Under the pieces are notes generated by a model. That model did no database searches, had not been told where the DNA came from, and saw nothing but the letters and a program-made list of their open reading frames with translations. The position numbers and the translations under genes are program-made. A stretch of DNA of 63,623 bases from Chiloscyllium plagiosum. Lineage: Eukaryota. Every line of letters starts with the position of its first letter. Position 1 is the stretch's first letter. Shown piece by piece: positions 36,082 through 49,388 of the stretch. The stretch spans positions 3,571,320 to 3,634,942 of the forward strand of contig NC_057750.1 of assembly GCF_004010195.1 (NCBI RefSeq), in the 5' to 3' direction.

Positions 36082-36673
36082 TTGACCTACCACAAGTTTG
36101 AGTGTGCCATGCAATATAGAGGTAGAAGTTCTGACCACTGCTGTGTTCTGAGAGGAGTCTTCTGAGGGGCCTGTATGTTATTTCTCCTCTACTGGATGCC
36201 TACTAATACCACCCTTCCTCATGAGGACAGAACACCTAGAGTGACGTAAAGGTCCTTCATTCTCCTGTTGCCTTACTATAGTGCTGAGCAATAATGGCTC
36301 GAGCAGTGGATCGCAGGTCTGTATATATAGAGAGTAGACATTGAGTTTCCTGCAACGAGCTGTCCATGGAGGCAACCACATGTTTCCATGCCAGAGACAG
36401 CTCATTACAGATACTGCTGGATGTCCTCCAACCTTTTAATCAGTTTGACCAGTCCTCTACAAACCTGTCTGCTGGACCTGTGTCTTCAATTGTATGAAGC
36501 TATGAATGGCTAACGTCATGAGGTCATCTCATGCCTGGGGCGTAGCAGGTGCCTGGTCTCCAGCACCTCCTCTGCCAGTGACTTTTCTCCTTCAGCCAGT
36601 TGTGGAAATGTGGCTGTACTGTGCTTACCAGAATGTGCTCCCAAATAGACTCAAACTAAAATACCCATCAAGT

Positions 36674-37146
36674 ATTTACAAGGATGTTGCTTGGACTCAG
36701 TGGTCTGAGTTATTGGGAGAGGTTGCACAAGCTAGGACTTTTTTCTTTAGAGCATGGGAGACTGAGGGGGGACCTTGAAGAGATGTATAAGATCATGAGA
36801 GGCTTGGACAGGGTGAATGCACTCAGTCTTTTTCCAAGGGTTGGAGAACCATGGACTAGAGGACAGTAGTTTAAGGTTAGATGGGAAAGAATAAAAGGAA
36901 TCTGAGGGGCAACTTCTTTTATACAGAGGGTGGTACGCATATGGAATGAGCTGCCAGCGGAAGTGGTTGAGGCAGGTACATTAACAATGTTTAAAAGGCA
37001 TTCGGATAAATACATGGATAGGAAAGGATTAGAAGGATATGGTCCAAGTGCAGGAAATGGGGTTAGCATGGATAGACATTTTGGTCAGCATGGACCAGTT
37101 TGGGCCAAAGGGTTTGTCTCCATGCTGTAGGACTCTATGACTCTAA
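36674..37146 (+). mobile_element. HER1 3' fragment
   Basis: ORFs 36684-36869 and 36930-37130; GACTCTATGACTCTA tail. Confidence 0.9.
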
Positions 37147-37214
37147 GTTGTTAAAATCTGAGCTACAGGGGGGGTGCAGGAGGAAGTCTTTAGGTGCATC
37201 CTCTGCAGGATTAA

Positions 37215-37935
37215 AAGATTTCATAGTAGAGCACTTGTAAAACAGTGACTGGATTGGACACAGTCAACATAGATTTATGAAAGGGAAATTAAGCTTTACA
37301 AAGCTACTGGAATTTTTCAAGGATGTAACTAGTAGAGTTGATTAGGGAGAGTCAGTGGATGTGATTTACTTGGACTTTCAAATGACTTTTGATAAAGTCT
37401 CATATAAGAGAATAGCATGTAAAATTTAAGTGCATGGGATTGCAAGTAGTTCACTGATATGGAAAGGGATGGATGGCAGGAGTGTATATGAAAAGAGTCT
37501 GGATCAGTTAGGACTATGTTCACTGGAGTTTATAAAAATAAGCAGGCGATTTCATAGAAACCTATAAAGTTCAGTCAGGACTAGACAGGGCAAATGCAGG
37601 AACGATCTTCCCAATGATGGGGAGCTCAGAACAAGGGGTCACAGTCTAAAGATACGTGGTAGGGCATTTAGAACTGGAATGAGGAGAAATTTCTTCATCC
37701 AAAGAGTGGTGACTCTGTGAAATTCTCTGACACAGAAAATGGTTGTGTCCAAAACATTGAGTGGTTTTAAGAAATAGTTGATGAGGTTCTTAGGAGTAAA
37801 TGGATCAAATGATGTGGGGAGATGAAAGAAGCAACGGGGTATTGAAGAGGATGATCAGCTATGATTATATTGAATGATGAAGCAGGCTTGAAGGGCCAAA
37901 TGGCCTACTCCTGCTCATATTTTCTATGTTTCTTT
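37215..37935 (+). mobile_element. Old CR1 fragment, internally deleted
   Basis: SQHRFMKG and YLDFQMTFDKV lead directly into the C-terminal region and a GGCCTACTCCTGCTC...TTCTATG tail. Confidence 0.8.
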
Positions 37936-38219
37936 TCTCTATCGATCTGTAGCTTTCTCAGGGCTGGGGGAACCTAATGTCTTGAAGGGCCACCTTCCAA
38001 ATGGTGGAGACTGTGCAGATAACAATGTTGCCTGAAAGAGACAAAAGAGAGAATTAGTTGTGCAATAGGACTAGATGTTCAGACATATTAAGAATCTATT
38101 CACAGTGGTGTTAGTGGGAGATCAGCATAGCAGTGAATAATGATTCTTAGTTGGTTGCTGGGACATGATGTTGTTGGCATTATCACATGGAATGGTTACA
38201 GTCCTTTTCAGCTAAGGCA

Positions 38220-38667
38220 AAGATCCTCCTCTTGAGGAGGTGAGATGAACGTCAGGCATCCCAGCACCCATCTTGATTCTTTCCGCCCTATTCAGGAGGT
38301 TTTCTCCTGGAATGAGACAAAGGGAGGGAATGGGCAAGATGAAAGTGATTGAAAAGTGCCAGTAAAATTTGGGGAAAGGCAGTGAGGAGTCCCAAGTGAG
38401 TGAGTGATTAGGTACAGTGCAGAGGGCATGCATCATGATGGAGGAGGCGGGGGGGGGGGCGGGATGTTAGGATGGCATGGGTTGTGGTGGATGAGAACAA
38501 ATGAGGGAAAATTTGCTATGAATATTTTATATTTTAGTGGTAGACCGTGGGCCTTGGTGGGAAGAGCATGCAGAAGCAAAGTTAGAGTGAATGTGAGGCA
38601 GCAGACAGCAGACGGTAGTACTTAACCTGGTGAAGTGAAGAAAATCAAAGACCTTCTTGCAGCATTG
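38220..38667 (-). pseudogene. Harbinger Myb/SANT-like gene relic (two exons)
   Basis: QCCKKVFDFLHFTR (38667-38626), CT-rich intron, acceptor TCTCATTCCAG, then EKT../NRAERIKMGAGMPD. Confidence 0.5.
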
Positions 38668-39924
38668 CTAGGGCTTACAGAGAGAAATCCTCTGTGAAAG
38701 TCACCAAAGTTGATTCTTAGCTGATTTCTCATAAAATTCTGCTGATTTTTTTTAAAGAAGGAAACAAGCATTAAGCTAACAAATTCCAGGAATCCTTGTG
38801 CATCAAGAGCACATGAAAATAAGAAGACCCCAACTACACAGTGATGGGCCAAGTATTATCTGGCTTCTTCTGGAGCCAGAACTAATACAGGCCAGATCCA
38901 AAGTTGTATTTTTCAGTCCAAACTGTCAACCATTTCTGTGTTTATTCCCTTACATTTGATGTCTTAGCTATGAAAATAGTCTAATAATGTATTTTACTGG
39001 CTATCCCTTAAAGGTGGAGATAAGTGTAGGGAGCAGATTTCTATTGAAGCATTCCTCCTAACAGCTTTTCTGAGAAAAGATATAATGATGTGTACTTTTC
39101 CTTGCTGGAAATTATCTTGGAATTTCTTTGTATTACACTAATGCATCACTCCTCTTCAGTTATGTTAGTTATGCAAGAGAGACTGCAGTTGTCTATGCCT
39201 GCTATTCCCAGCCGTAATTGCATCCCCATCCCCACTCAACCCAATTGAGAGCCCACCCCAACATTTCTTACTTCTCTAATGTACCAGTATACCTCTCCCT
39301 CTTGTAGACTTTGACTCTGCGAAGCCCTTCACACCCTCAGTTTGCCTGTAAGCAGGAGCTCCATGGGAAATATTTAAAATGACCCTGTAGTCAAATTCTG
39401 TAGTACATTTGGGAAATCCATTCTTATGGGTTTCTCAACCTCAAAGTTGCATTTGACCTACCACCCACATGGAACTCTCAATCAGGATAATTTCAAAGCA
39501 GTGGTATTAAACTGTTAAGTATCTGCAAAAAATTCCAGAAGCCAGTCTAGCCTAATGTAAATGTGGTCAAATTACACTGAATCACTTATCTTCATTTTGG
39601 CAGTAGAGACAAGATCACAACTTTTCCAGACTCATTTGATTACAGCTGCATTTCCAGATATTAGTGTGAGCCAAAGCCAGGAGATGAAGGGAAGCATGTT
39701 AACAGACTGTACTGCTGAACTATGTATAGTCTCATTTCGGAAGACCTCCAAGAAGTTGAAGGATCAAATGATGATAGATTGGGCACTTATTCTTTTATCT
39801 TCAGGAGATGGATACAAATAAAGCCCAAATGACAGGCTGAAACTTTCTTGCAAATATGGGCATTTTGAGGTCTTATATATGAATTGATTTTCTTTTTAGC
39901 ACTAATCCACTCCTAATGTCAACT

Positions 39925-40120
39925 TGGTTCATTGGTGGTACTCTTGCATCTGCATCTGAAGGGTATGAGATCAAGTTTTACTTCAGAGACATATCTAAAC
40001 TGAAACGTTAGTGTTGTACAGAACAGAGGTATTTTCTTTCAGATAAGATTTTACACTAAGGCTGTCTGCTTTCTCAATTAAGGTATCCCACAACACTATT
40101 TTGAAGATGTTCTGCTGTCC
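39925..40120 (+). mobile_element. Deu-domain SINE relic (5' part)
   Basis: Decayed tRNA-like head, then TCTTTCAGATAAGATTTTACACTAAGGC...CTATTTTGAAGA. Confidence 0.5.
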
Positions 40121-40204
40121 AACATTCAAACAGAATTGAGGATGACTTGCTAGCAGTCTGATTGATGGATTCTGAGATGACAGGACACATGATTAGCTGA
40201 CTGG

Positions 40205-41098
40205 TATAAGGGAGAGAGTAGGAATAAAGAATTTTTTTCAGGATGGCAACTAATGACTAGTGGAGTTCGTCAGGGCTTAGTGTTAGGACCACAACTTTTC
40301 ATGTGAAAACATTATCAATCTGATGAAGGAACTGAGGGTATTGTGGCTAAGTTTGCAGATGATCCAAAGTTAGGTGGAGGACAGGTAGTGTTGAGGAAGC
40401 AGGGAGGCTGCAGAAGGACTTAGACATGCTAGGCAAGCGGGCAAAGAAGTGGCAGATTTAATAAAATGCGGGGAAGTGTGAGATTATGCATTTTGGTAGG
40501 AAGAATCGAGGAATAGAATATTTTCTAAATGGGGAAAGGCTTCGGAAATGTGAAATACAAAGGGACTGGGGAGCCCTGGTTAAGGATTCTCTTAAGGTTA
40601 ACATGCAGATTCAATTGCAGTTAAGAAGTCAAATGCAATGTTAGCATTCATTTCAAGAAGGCTAGAATACAAGAGCAGAGATGTACTGCTGAAACTGTGT
40701 AATCTCTGGTCAGACTGTATTTGGAATGTTGTGAGCAGTTTTGGGCCCCGTGTCTAAAGAACAATGTGCTGGTGTTGTAGAAGGTCCAGAGGAGGTTTAC
40801 AAGAATGGTCCCAGGATAAAGGACTTCTCATATGAGGAGCAGTTGAGGTTTCTGGGTCTGTGCTTGATGGAGTTTAGAAGGATGAGGAGAGATCTAATTG
40901 AAACTTACAGAATACTGAGAAGACTGGATAGTGTGGACATAGAGAATATATTTCCACTGGTAGGAGACACTAGGATCTGAGGGAACATTCTCAGAGTAAA
41001 GGATGACCCTTTAGAATTTCTTCAGCCAGAGGGTAGTTACTCTGTGGAACTCATTGCCATGAGGGCTGAGAAGGCCAAGTTTATGAGTGTATTTACAA

Positions 41099-41159
<61 letters not shown>

Positions 41160-41300
41160 TCCCAATAGGTGACGTGATCAGGCATTACGGAGAAAAGGCA
41201 GGAGAATAGCGTTGAGAAATTTGAGAAATATAGCAGCCATGATCAAATGGCAGACCAGACACGATGGGCCGATCTCATTGTGCTCCTGTATCTTACGGTC
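40205..41300 (+). mobile_element. CR1 RT 3' fragment
   Basis: SGVRQGLVLGP, KFADD, RLQKDLD and RRDLIETYRIL motifs. Confidence 0.85.
41098..41159 (+). repeat. Compound microsatellite (GATA)n(GACA)n
   Basis: Directly visible; expanded inside the CR1 copy. Confidence 0.95.
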
Positions 41301-41499
41301 TCATCGACTGATGGCAATACACGGTGTAGAGATTCTGCCACAGGTGGTGTTCAGTACAGTGAATGAGTTGTTTAATGCACTTTCTCTCTTTTTGTGTTCC
41401 CAATGAAGTTTTTCAATGTGTTCTGTGCCTTTCTAAATGAACTTCCATTTTGGCTGATCACAAGTCAGGCTCTTTTGTCACTGCCTTGTGAGTCCTCGG

Positions 41500-41690
41500 A
41501 CAACATCTATTCCCTCAAACACCATCAAAAACAAATTATTTGGCCATTTGATTATTGATTTCATTGCTGTTTGTAAGAGTTTCCTGTAAACAAATTGACT
41601 ACTACATTTATTATAAGAACAGTAACTGCTCTTCAGATGCACTACATTGTCTGTAAAGCACTTTGTGACAGCTTAAGGTCAGTTAATGAC
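41500..41690 (+). mobile_element. Deu-domain SINE relic (3' part)
   Basis: TCCCTCAAACACCATC...CATTGCTGTTTGT...CAAATTGACT...GTAAAGCACTTTG. Confidence 0.55.
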
Positions 41691-42764
41691 ACAAAATTTT
41701 CATTTGGAACTACAATAGAAAGAAAAACCCTCAAACTAACAATCTCAGGTATAAAGCAAGAAACCCAGCATAACTAATCAAATTGGCACAGTAGATGAAT
41801 GGTCTGCTGTGGCAATTAATAGAACAGCATAGAAAGTATTTACAACTGATAGCCTTTCATTTTCTTTAAATTTAGAAAATTGTGTGAACATGCTGTCAAT
41901 TTGCAGAGTACATGCTGGAAAGAGTGAGGGAGAAGCTGGAATAAACCAAGGAATTGTGTTTACCTGGCACCAAGGGTTTAGAGGGTTTTATATGTCTGTA
42001 GAGAATTGGTAATGGGAAAGACTGTGAGAGGTAAGGAGTTCCACAGTGGCAAAAGCCTGGGAAAAAGTGAGTTAGAATTGAACAACATGGAAAATTCAAA
42101 ATAGGGAAAAGAAAATCAGCCAGGCACATTATAAAAATCCAACTATAGATCCTATTTTCCCATCTATATGAAGGTGGGACAGGAGATGATAAATATTTTC
42201 TTCAGATGGAATCAGTCAAAAGCTGATTTATGACTCACAAATGTGACTCAAAAATGATCTTATTTGGTTTTGGGCAAGTTGCTTTGAATTTCCTCTGTGG
42301 TGGATTATGCTGACAGTTTTGAAGAAACATAACTCTGTGGCATCAAAGCTTGAGTTTTGGCCTTGACTGAAACAACTAGATATGTATTTCTGGCCAGGTC
42401 TACAATTTTACCACGAATAAGGCAGGGTTTACCTCACAAGTTGATGGTCTCTCAAGAAGTTGTCTCATATCCAAATCCCTCTCACGATTAACTACACAAA
42501 CAGAAAGCAGTTACCCTCCTGCTTTCTATGACTGCCTGTTGGAAACTGGGTGAAAGGATTGTTAATATAAGATTATTCATGCTGTTTGATTCCTCTGTGC
42601 CCTAATCCGAACTGTTCCGCCGAGCAGGACTCCCTCAAGAAGTAAGCAATATTCTCTCTAAGTATTCAGATTATGTTCTAAAGAAGTTGTTAAGTTTGAT
42701 TGCAGTTAGTCCAAGGCCTGAGCAGGGAACTAGGCAAAGATGTCTCTACCATGCTCTACTAATG

Positions 42765-42983
42765 TCAGAAATCATGCAACACCAGATTATAGTCCAACAG
42801 GTTTATTTAAAATCACAAGCTTTCAGAGCACTGCTGCTTCATCAGGTGAGGGTGACTTCACCTGATGAAGGAACAGTGCTACAAAAGCTTGTGATTTTAA
42901 ATAAACCCTGTTGGACTATAACCTGGTGTTGTGTGACTTCTGACTTTGTCCACCACAGTCCAACACCAGCATCTCCACATCAC
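42765..42983. mobile_element. Fold-back mini-PLE (family 2)
   Basis: Two ~85-bp inverted arms, both starting TCACCTGATGAAG. 13-bp TSD with one mismatch: TGCTCTACTAATG (42752-42764) / TGCTCTAATAATG (42984-42996). Confidence 0.85.
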
Positions 42984-43494
42984 TGCTCTAATAATGGCAA
43001 GCCCTCTGCTGCACACAAAGATAAATTTTGAAATGTGGTGTTTTAGACCTGACTTATTAAGACTGACAGAAGTTGAAACTTGGGCCTTATTCTGCGTTTT
43101 GAGCCATAACGCAATACTAAGTAGTATTTTGATATTCATTCGGAGATCAGGGAGCTTAATTCAATGATATGTAATCTATTAAATATATATTCAGAATGAG
43201 CAGGTAACAGACTCTGTTATAAACACAAAATAAAAGGACAAAAATAAACTAGTTAAATATTAAATATTGTTAAGCAATTTGCAGTTTGCCTTCTAATCTT
43301 TCTACTAATTACTTTAAACATATGCTGTCTGGGGTTAATGACTATTCTGTTGAGGAAGATAGGGTGGATAGGAAGAAATATCAAGTCAACACATAATTTC
43401 ATACACTTGTCCACTGAGCCCCTTTGTTCCAATTTAAACAACCCTAACTTATCCAATATTATCTAATTGCTAAATTTCTCCATTACTGACAACA

Positions 43495-43729
43495 TGACAT
43501 AACTCCACAAAGGTCAGTACACAGTCACCAAGACTCCCTTCATTTACACAGGAATAATCATTGACTTTAGAACTGCCTCATTTAGAGTCAGGTACCAGAT
43601 GTCTCAGTATCTCTGATACTCACCTTTTTATATGTCAGCAAGGGTCCCTGATTGGACCAGATTAATAGCCCAGTCAGGGAACTCATATTCTATTAGGTCC
43701 AGCTGGCTGATCTCATTACAGTTACTACA
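43495..43729 (-). repeat. Short solo LTR (~235 bp) inserted in a decayed CR1
   Basis: The minus strand runs TGTAGT...GGAGTTATGTCA and contains CCAAT and TATAAAA boxes. Confidence 0.65.
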
Positions 43730-43774
43730 CAGAATCCTCAAAGATCTCCTCTATACCCTCATTAGTGTAATAAA

Positions 43775-45500
43775 ACTATAGAAAATAGGAGGGGAGTAAG
43801 CCATTCAGCCCTTAAAATTTGCTCTGATACGCAATCATCTAATTTCCTTTTATAGCCAAAAGATTACAGGAGATTTCTCATGCATGATTTCCTCTTGTAA
43901 ATCCATGCTGACTCAGTCTAACTCTGACACTGTTTTCCAAGTGCTCTGCTATTAAAGATTTTATTAAAGACTCTAACATTTTTCTTTCTATTGGTCTCAG
44001 GCTAACAGGTCTATTATTCTCTGTTTTCTGTCTAACTTTTTTAAATAGTGAGTTTACAATAGCTACCCTCCAACTGTTTCAGTGTCTATAGAATCTTGAA
44101 AATGATCACCATTGCATCCACTATTTTCAGGAACAAAAAGAAAAATTAGTGGAGAGTCTCAGCAGGTCTGGCAGCATCTATGAAGAGTGACGTTTCGGGT
44201 CCAGTGATCCTTCTCCAGAGCTGATAGTAGCTCAGAAAAGGATGGGTTTTATACAGAAGATAGGGTTGGGAGAGGGGTGAGGGGTAAGCGATAGTTGGAG
44301 ATAGAACCCAAAGAAAGAGAAAAACAGTTGGACAAACTAAGGAGTGGATAAAGACCAGTCGAGGAGAATGAATAGCTGATAATGGGGACTACTCATAGCT
44401 GACCGTAGAATCATTAGCTGCCATTTCTGCCATCTCCAGCGGAGTGCCACCACCAGGCACATATTCCCTTCCCCTTCTTTGTCAGCCTTCCCTAAGGACC
44501 GTTTCCTCCAGGACACCCTAGTCCACTCCTCCTTCACTCCAATACATCCACACAGCAATCACAGAAGATGTAACATCTGCCCATATACTTCTTCCCTGCT
44601 CACCATCGAAGACCCCAACACACATTCCAAGTAAAGCAGCTCTTTACCTGCACTTCACTCAATCTAGTCTAGTGCACTCACTGATCACAATGTGGTCTCT
44701 ATAGTGGGGAAACAAAGTATTGACTGGGTGACCGCTTCACAGAACACCTAAATTCTATCCACAGAAAAAGATCCTGATCTTCCAATTGATTGCTGCTTCA
44801 ACACACCATCGTCTTCTCTGGCCAACATCTGTCTTAGGCTTGCTGCAGTGTTCCAGCGAAGCTCAACACAAGCTGGAAGAACAGCACCTTGTTTTCCATT
44901 GGGAACTCTACAGCCTTCTGGATTTAATGTGGAGTTCAACAATTTTAGGGTTTGATCACCTTTCGCCATGCTTGCCCCCCACCTCCACATGACAGGCCTC
45001 GTCATCATGTGCGCTGCTATCACACACTACCCATTGTCAGCTATGAATAGTCTACGGTTAGCACCTATTCATTGTCCCAAGCTGGTCTTCATACACTCCA
45101 TTGTCATCTCCAACTGTTTTTCTCTCTTGGGCACTATCCCCATCGTATCTTCCACATAAAAATCATCCTTTTCCTTGCCACCATCAGTTCTAAAGAAGGG
45201 TCACTGGACCCGAAAGGTTAATGCTGATTTCTCTCCTCAGATGCTGCCAGAACTGCTGTGATTTTCCAGCAGTTTCTATTTTTGTTTCAGGTTTCCAGCC
45301 CACAGTTAGTTCGGCTTTTTGTCCACTATTCTTAGGGCCTCTTGCTTAAAAGTATTCATGGATGTAGATCATCAGGACAGGGGATTTATCGTCCTTTAAT
45401 ACCATAAATTTTCCCAATACCATTTTCTTGTTAATACTGATTTGCTTCAGTTCTTCTCTCTAACTAGATCTTGTGTTCTCCAACATGTTTCGGACATAGT
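43775..45500 (-). mobile_element. Old CR1 fragment hosting a PLE
   Basis: Minus-strand NNRPVSL and SQHGF motifs; the sequence resumes after the PLE at 45322. Confidence 0.7.
44132..45321 (+). mobile_element. 5'-truncated Penelope-like element (family 3): inverted 5' pLTR, GIY-YIG endonuclease relic, 3' pLTR
   Basis: HFCHLQRSATTRHIFPSP, FTCTSLNLV*C...QCGL-YSGETK..LGDRFTEHL (~44640-44750), KLEEQHLVF. 15-bp imperfect TSD TCCACTATTTTCAGG (44117-44131) / TCCACTATTCTTAGG (45322-45336). Confidence 0.88.
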
Positions 45501-45659
45501 CACATCTTTCTTGTAATGTCACCATACTAGGTTTTCAAACAGTCATAACCTCCCTGCTCATATAATCTATTACCTTAGCTATACTGGCTCTTTGTGTAGT
45601 TTCTTAAGAAGAATTATAGACTGGTTACAACCCAAAAAGAGATAAGTTGATGGAAGTGT

Positions 45660-47250
45660 CAGTGTCATCTCTCTGCAAGAGCAACTCACCTTTCCCCATA
45701 GCTCTTTTAAAAGAATTGATTTAATTCAGATCATTATCCAACTTCCTTTCGAAAGTTTCAGTTGAATTTTCTTCCATCACACTCTCAATCATAGAATCCT
45801 TACAATGTGGAAGCAGGCCATTCAGCCTCTCGAGTCCACAGGGAACCCCCGAAGAATATCCTACCTAGTCCCCATAACACTGCATTTCCTATGGCTAATC
45901 CACAAAGCCTGCAGATCCCTGGACACTATGGGCAGTTTAGCATGGCAAATTCATCTAACCTGCAGATCTTTGGATCATGGGAGGAAACCAGAGCACCCAG
46001 ACGAAACCCATATAGACACAGGGAGAATATGCAACCTCCAACTGACAGTCGCCTGAGGCTGGAATCGAACCTAGGTCCCTGGACCTGTGAGGCAGCAGTG
46101 TGAACCACTGTGCCATCCCTAAGCAGTACATTCCAGATCCTAACTACACACTGTGCAGAAACAATTCATTTGTGTTTCTTTTTTACCTTAAATTGGACCT
46201 CTGCTTTTCAACCCTTCCACTATTGGGCATAGACTTCCCTATATATTCTGTCCAGACCCCTCATGATTTTCAACACCTCTGTCAAATTTAGCTCAACAAT
46301 TTATTCTCTGAGCAGTCCCAGCTTCCTCAATCTATTCATGTAACTGAAGCCCTTCATTTCATTCTTGTTGATAGTTTTCTTGACCCTCTCTCATGTCTTC
46401 ACATCGTTTTTAGAGAATGGTGCACAAAATTAGACACAGTACTCCAGTTGAAGATTAACCTGTGATTTATAGTTAATGTTTTACACTCCATCCTTCCATT
46501 TATAAAGCCTTTATACTTTATTTTCCATTTTCTCAAATTGCTTTGTCATCTTCAATTATTTGAGCACAAATAACCCTAGGTCCCTCTGCTTGTTTTATAA
46601 TTGGATTCCATATTTTATACTGCTTCCCTTTTTTTCTCCTGCCACACGTAAGACATCACTTTCCATTTCAGTGCATTAAATTTCTTCTGACATATATCCA
46701 TTCATTCTATTAGTCTATATCCTCTTACAGTCAATCAAAATCCTCTCTATAATTCAAAATACTTCCAGATTCCACTCTATACCTCCCTCACATCTGAAAA
46801 ACAACTGTTCACCACAACTGTCTATATCCTGACACTCACCCAATTTTGTAACCACATTGCCACTGTTACTTTTATCCCATGGGCTTTAACTTTGCTGAGA
46901 AGCCTGTTTAATGATACTTTATCAAATGCTTTTGGGGAGTTCACATATTCTACATCAACCACATTAGGTAATTCATCCATTTCTATTACTTCATCAGAAA
47001 ACCAAGTTAATTAAATATGATATTCCAATTACAAGTTTGATTGGCTTTTCTTAATTAATCAACATTTGTCCAAGTGACTTAATTTTATTCTGGATCATCA
47101 GTTTTAAAAGCTTTTTCAACATTGTAGTGAAATTGAATGGTATTTGCTGGGCCTATCGCTGCATGTTCTTTTGACCAAACGTGTAACATTTGCAATCTTC
47201 CAGTCCTCTGGCACAGCTCCTGTAGCTAAGGAGGGTTGGAAGATTAAAGC
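45660..47250 (-). mobile_element. Very old CR1 fragment
   Basis: Decayed minus-strand EDWKIANVT, KAFDKV and LEYCV motifs. Confidence 0.65.
45789..46116 (-). mobile_element. HE1-type SINE (long subfamily)
   Basis: B box GGTTCGATTCC, V-domain and ATTCTATGA tail. Confidence 0.88.
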
Positions 47251-49388
47251 CAACAAAGGTGAATCCGAAGAACATGATCTTATATAAATACAGCTTACTG
47301 AAGTAGCCTCCTTTTCACTAATGGAGGAGAAAGTTCACAAACCTACCATGGAAACAGCCAAGAAAAGGTAAGGAAAAGTCAGGTAATGATTGAAACCTGG
47401 CCTGACCTGTTGCTCTTACTTGCCTCGGGCATTTCACCTGGCTGGGAAAACTGCCACTGAGTTCCGTTGCTTCAGCTGTCATTTCCAGTGTTTTGGTTTA
47501 AAACAAAATTGAAAGATTTGTTCTTACTGCTTCTGATTTCCACCCATCCATTCCCAAAATGCTTACTCACGTTAATATCTCAGTTTGTCTACAGTCTCTC
47601 AGTTAAGCATTAATTTGTTTCTTTGCAGTATCCTAGGCAGTGATTGTTTGCAGCCTATTTTACCAGATGGGCATTGAAGTTAAACCAGATCCTGTTTTTA
47701 CCTGAGGTAAACACACACACATATGCATTTTCTATCAGGCTTTACTGGATAGTGATCAATGCTATGCTTTGTGGTTTAAATTCTCTTTTGCCCAGGAGCA
47801 GTGAAGTAAAATGTAGTCATCTGGGACCTTCTTAGCTCCAGAATCTACTGCCAAATTTCCCATCTACACCCTCTATTGCTTTGACTCTGGATTGCACCAT
47901 GTTCTCCTCAGTTCAATTTAAACATTGAATATTTGGTTTTCACCTCTCCCATCTGAAATCATATATGGGGGGGATGTTTTATTGGGCCTATGTGAGTGGA
48001 AGACATGGTGGGCAGAGTAAAGTGCCTAGATTTAATTTCACTTTCTTATTAGTGGATTCAAAATTAAAAATTAAGTCACTGGCATGAATGTGATGGGTAA
48101 GCCCTCATACTGTCCCATGGCACATGCCTACCTGTAATACATTTGCAGACCTTGAAAACTCATTATGTTAAAACAATGGTGTCCTATATTCAAAATTAAG
48201 TTAGCAGTGCACAAAAATCTCATGGTTCACCTTCATTTAAAGTGGCATGCAACATTCAGCTTTATACAATTATATCTGAGATCAGACCTTGCCTTGTTGA
48301 ACTCTGTACTGTCAGGAAGAGAACAGAATGGCACTTTCCATAATACCTCAGAACCAGCAAGGGTGAGACAGGAATAAAGGAGCAGGTCAGGGTGTGTGGA
48401 AGTGGAAGAGGAATCCAAGAGCGAGACAAAGAATTGGATCGGTGGCATGGAGGAGTGAATAGGAAATGCTTACAACCTTGTATGTTGGGGTCTGGTAGGG
48501 AGATTCAGTCAAGATAAGAAAATGAGAGGCCTAAAGGCAGATGGTAGAGTCCTTACCAGCCTGTGAGTTCACTTACAATATTTCAATTATCTTGTGGAAA
48601 GACAATCATTTTTGAATGCACAGAAGGAAGGGTCAGCTGAGGGTGCAAGATCAGCTATAATCAACAGAATGGCAAGTACTACAGTGGACACCAATATGAA
48701 TGTTCAATGAAAAAAACTCAAATATAAAATATAATTTCTTCCACAAAAAATGTCCCTAACATTCTGTTACCATTAATGTATGCCAACCATGAGGTATACT
48801 AGTACATTTATCTCATTGACAACTTAATGATGCACACATGAATAAGGTTGAATCAATGAAATCTGAAATATTCACAAGTGAAATTTAAATTTGAAGAACA
48901 CCCATACTACTTTTCTCCTCTCAATACATCTTATGCTTACAGTAATGGGGTTAGACGGGAAAGTTTTAGCTGAAGACAGAGCATCCCTGCTTATTCAGGA
49001 AGCTCTCATACAGCCTGTGAATACCTGCTGCTTTGTTGTTAATGGCAGATTTCACCATTAAAAAGCAAAACCTGCCATGCAATTATAAGTTTCTCCTGTG
49101 CATACAGCCATCAGTTTAATTTTATTTTAAAATGGGCTGAATCTTACATTTTGTTGGCTCAGTCCAATTTGTCTCAGATTCTTTGGAGCTCTTGTTGCCT
49201 GGAAGTCTAGCGAGTTTTGTCAATGATTCTTATCAAGCCTGCCTCATTAACTACCTAATGCACACCTGTGGTATCTCTCATGTCTGATTTCCTGCTCATC
49301 TTGCCATGTGTTATTCCCACAGCAACTTCCCATCATTCAGCAGGTATCTCAGAATTCACTGGCATCCCTTGTGCCTATATCATCTTCA

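Noticed and set aside
38837..38880. CACAGTG heptamer as a V(D)J recombination signal
   Set aside because: No ACAAAAACC-like nonamer at 12- or 23-bp spacing.
47629..47706. Candidate exon with a good acceptor (TTCTTTGCAG) and GAG|GTAAAC donor
   Set aside because: All three frames contain stops and there is no other support.
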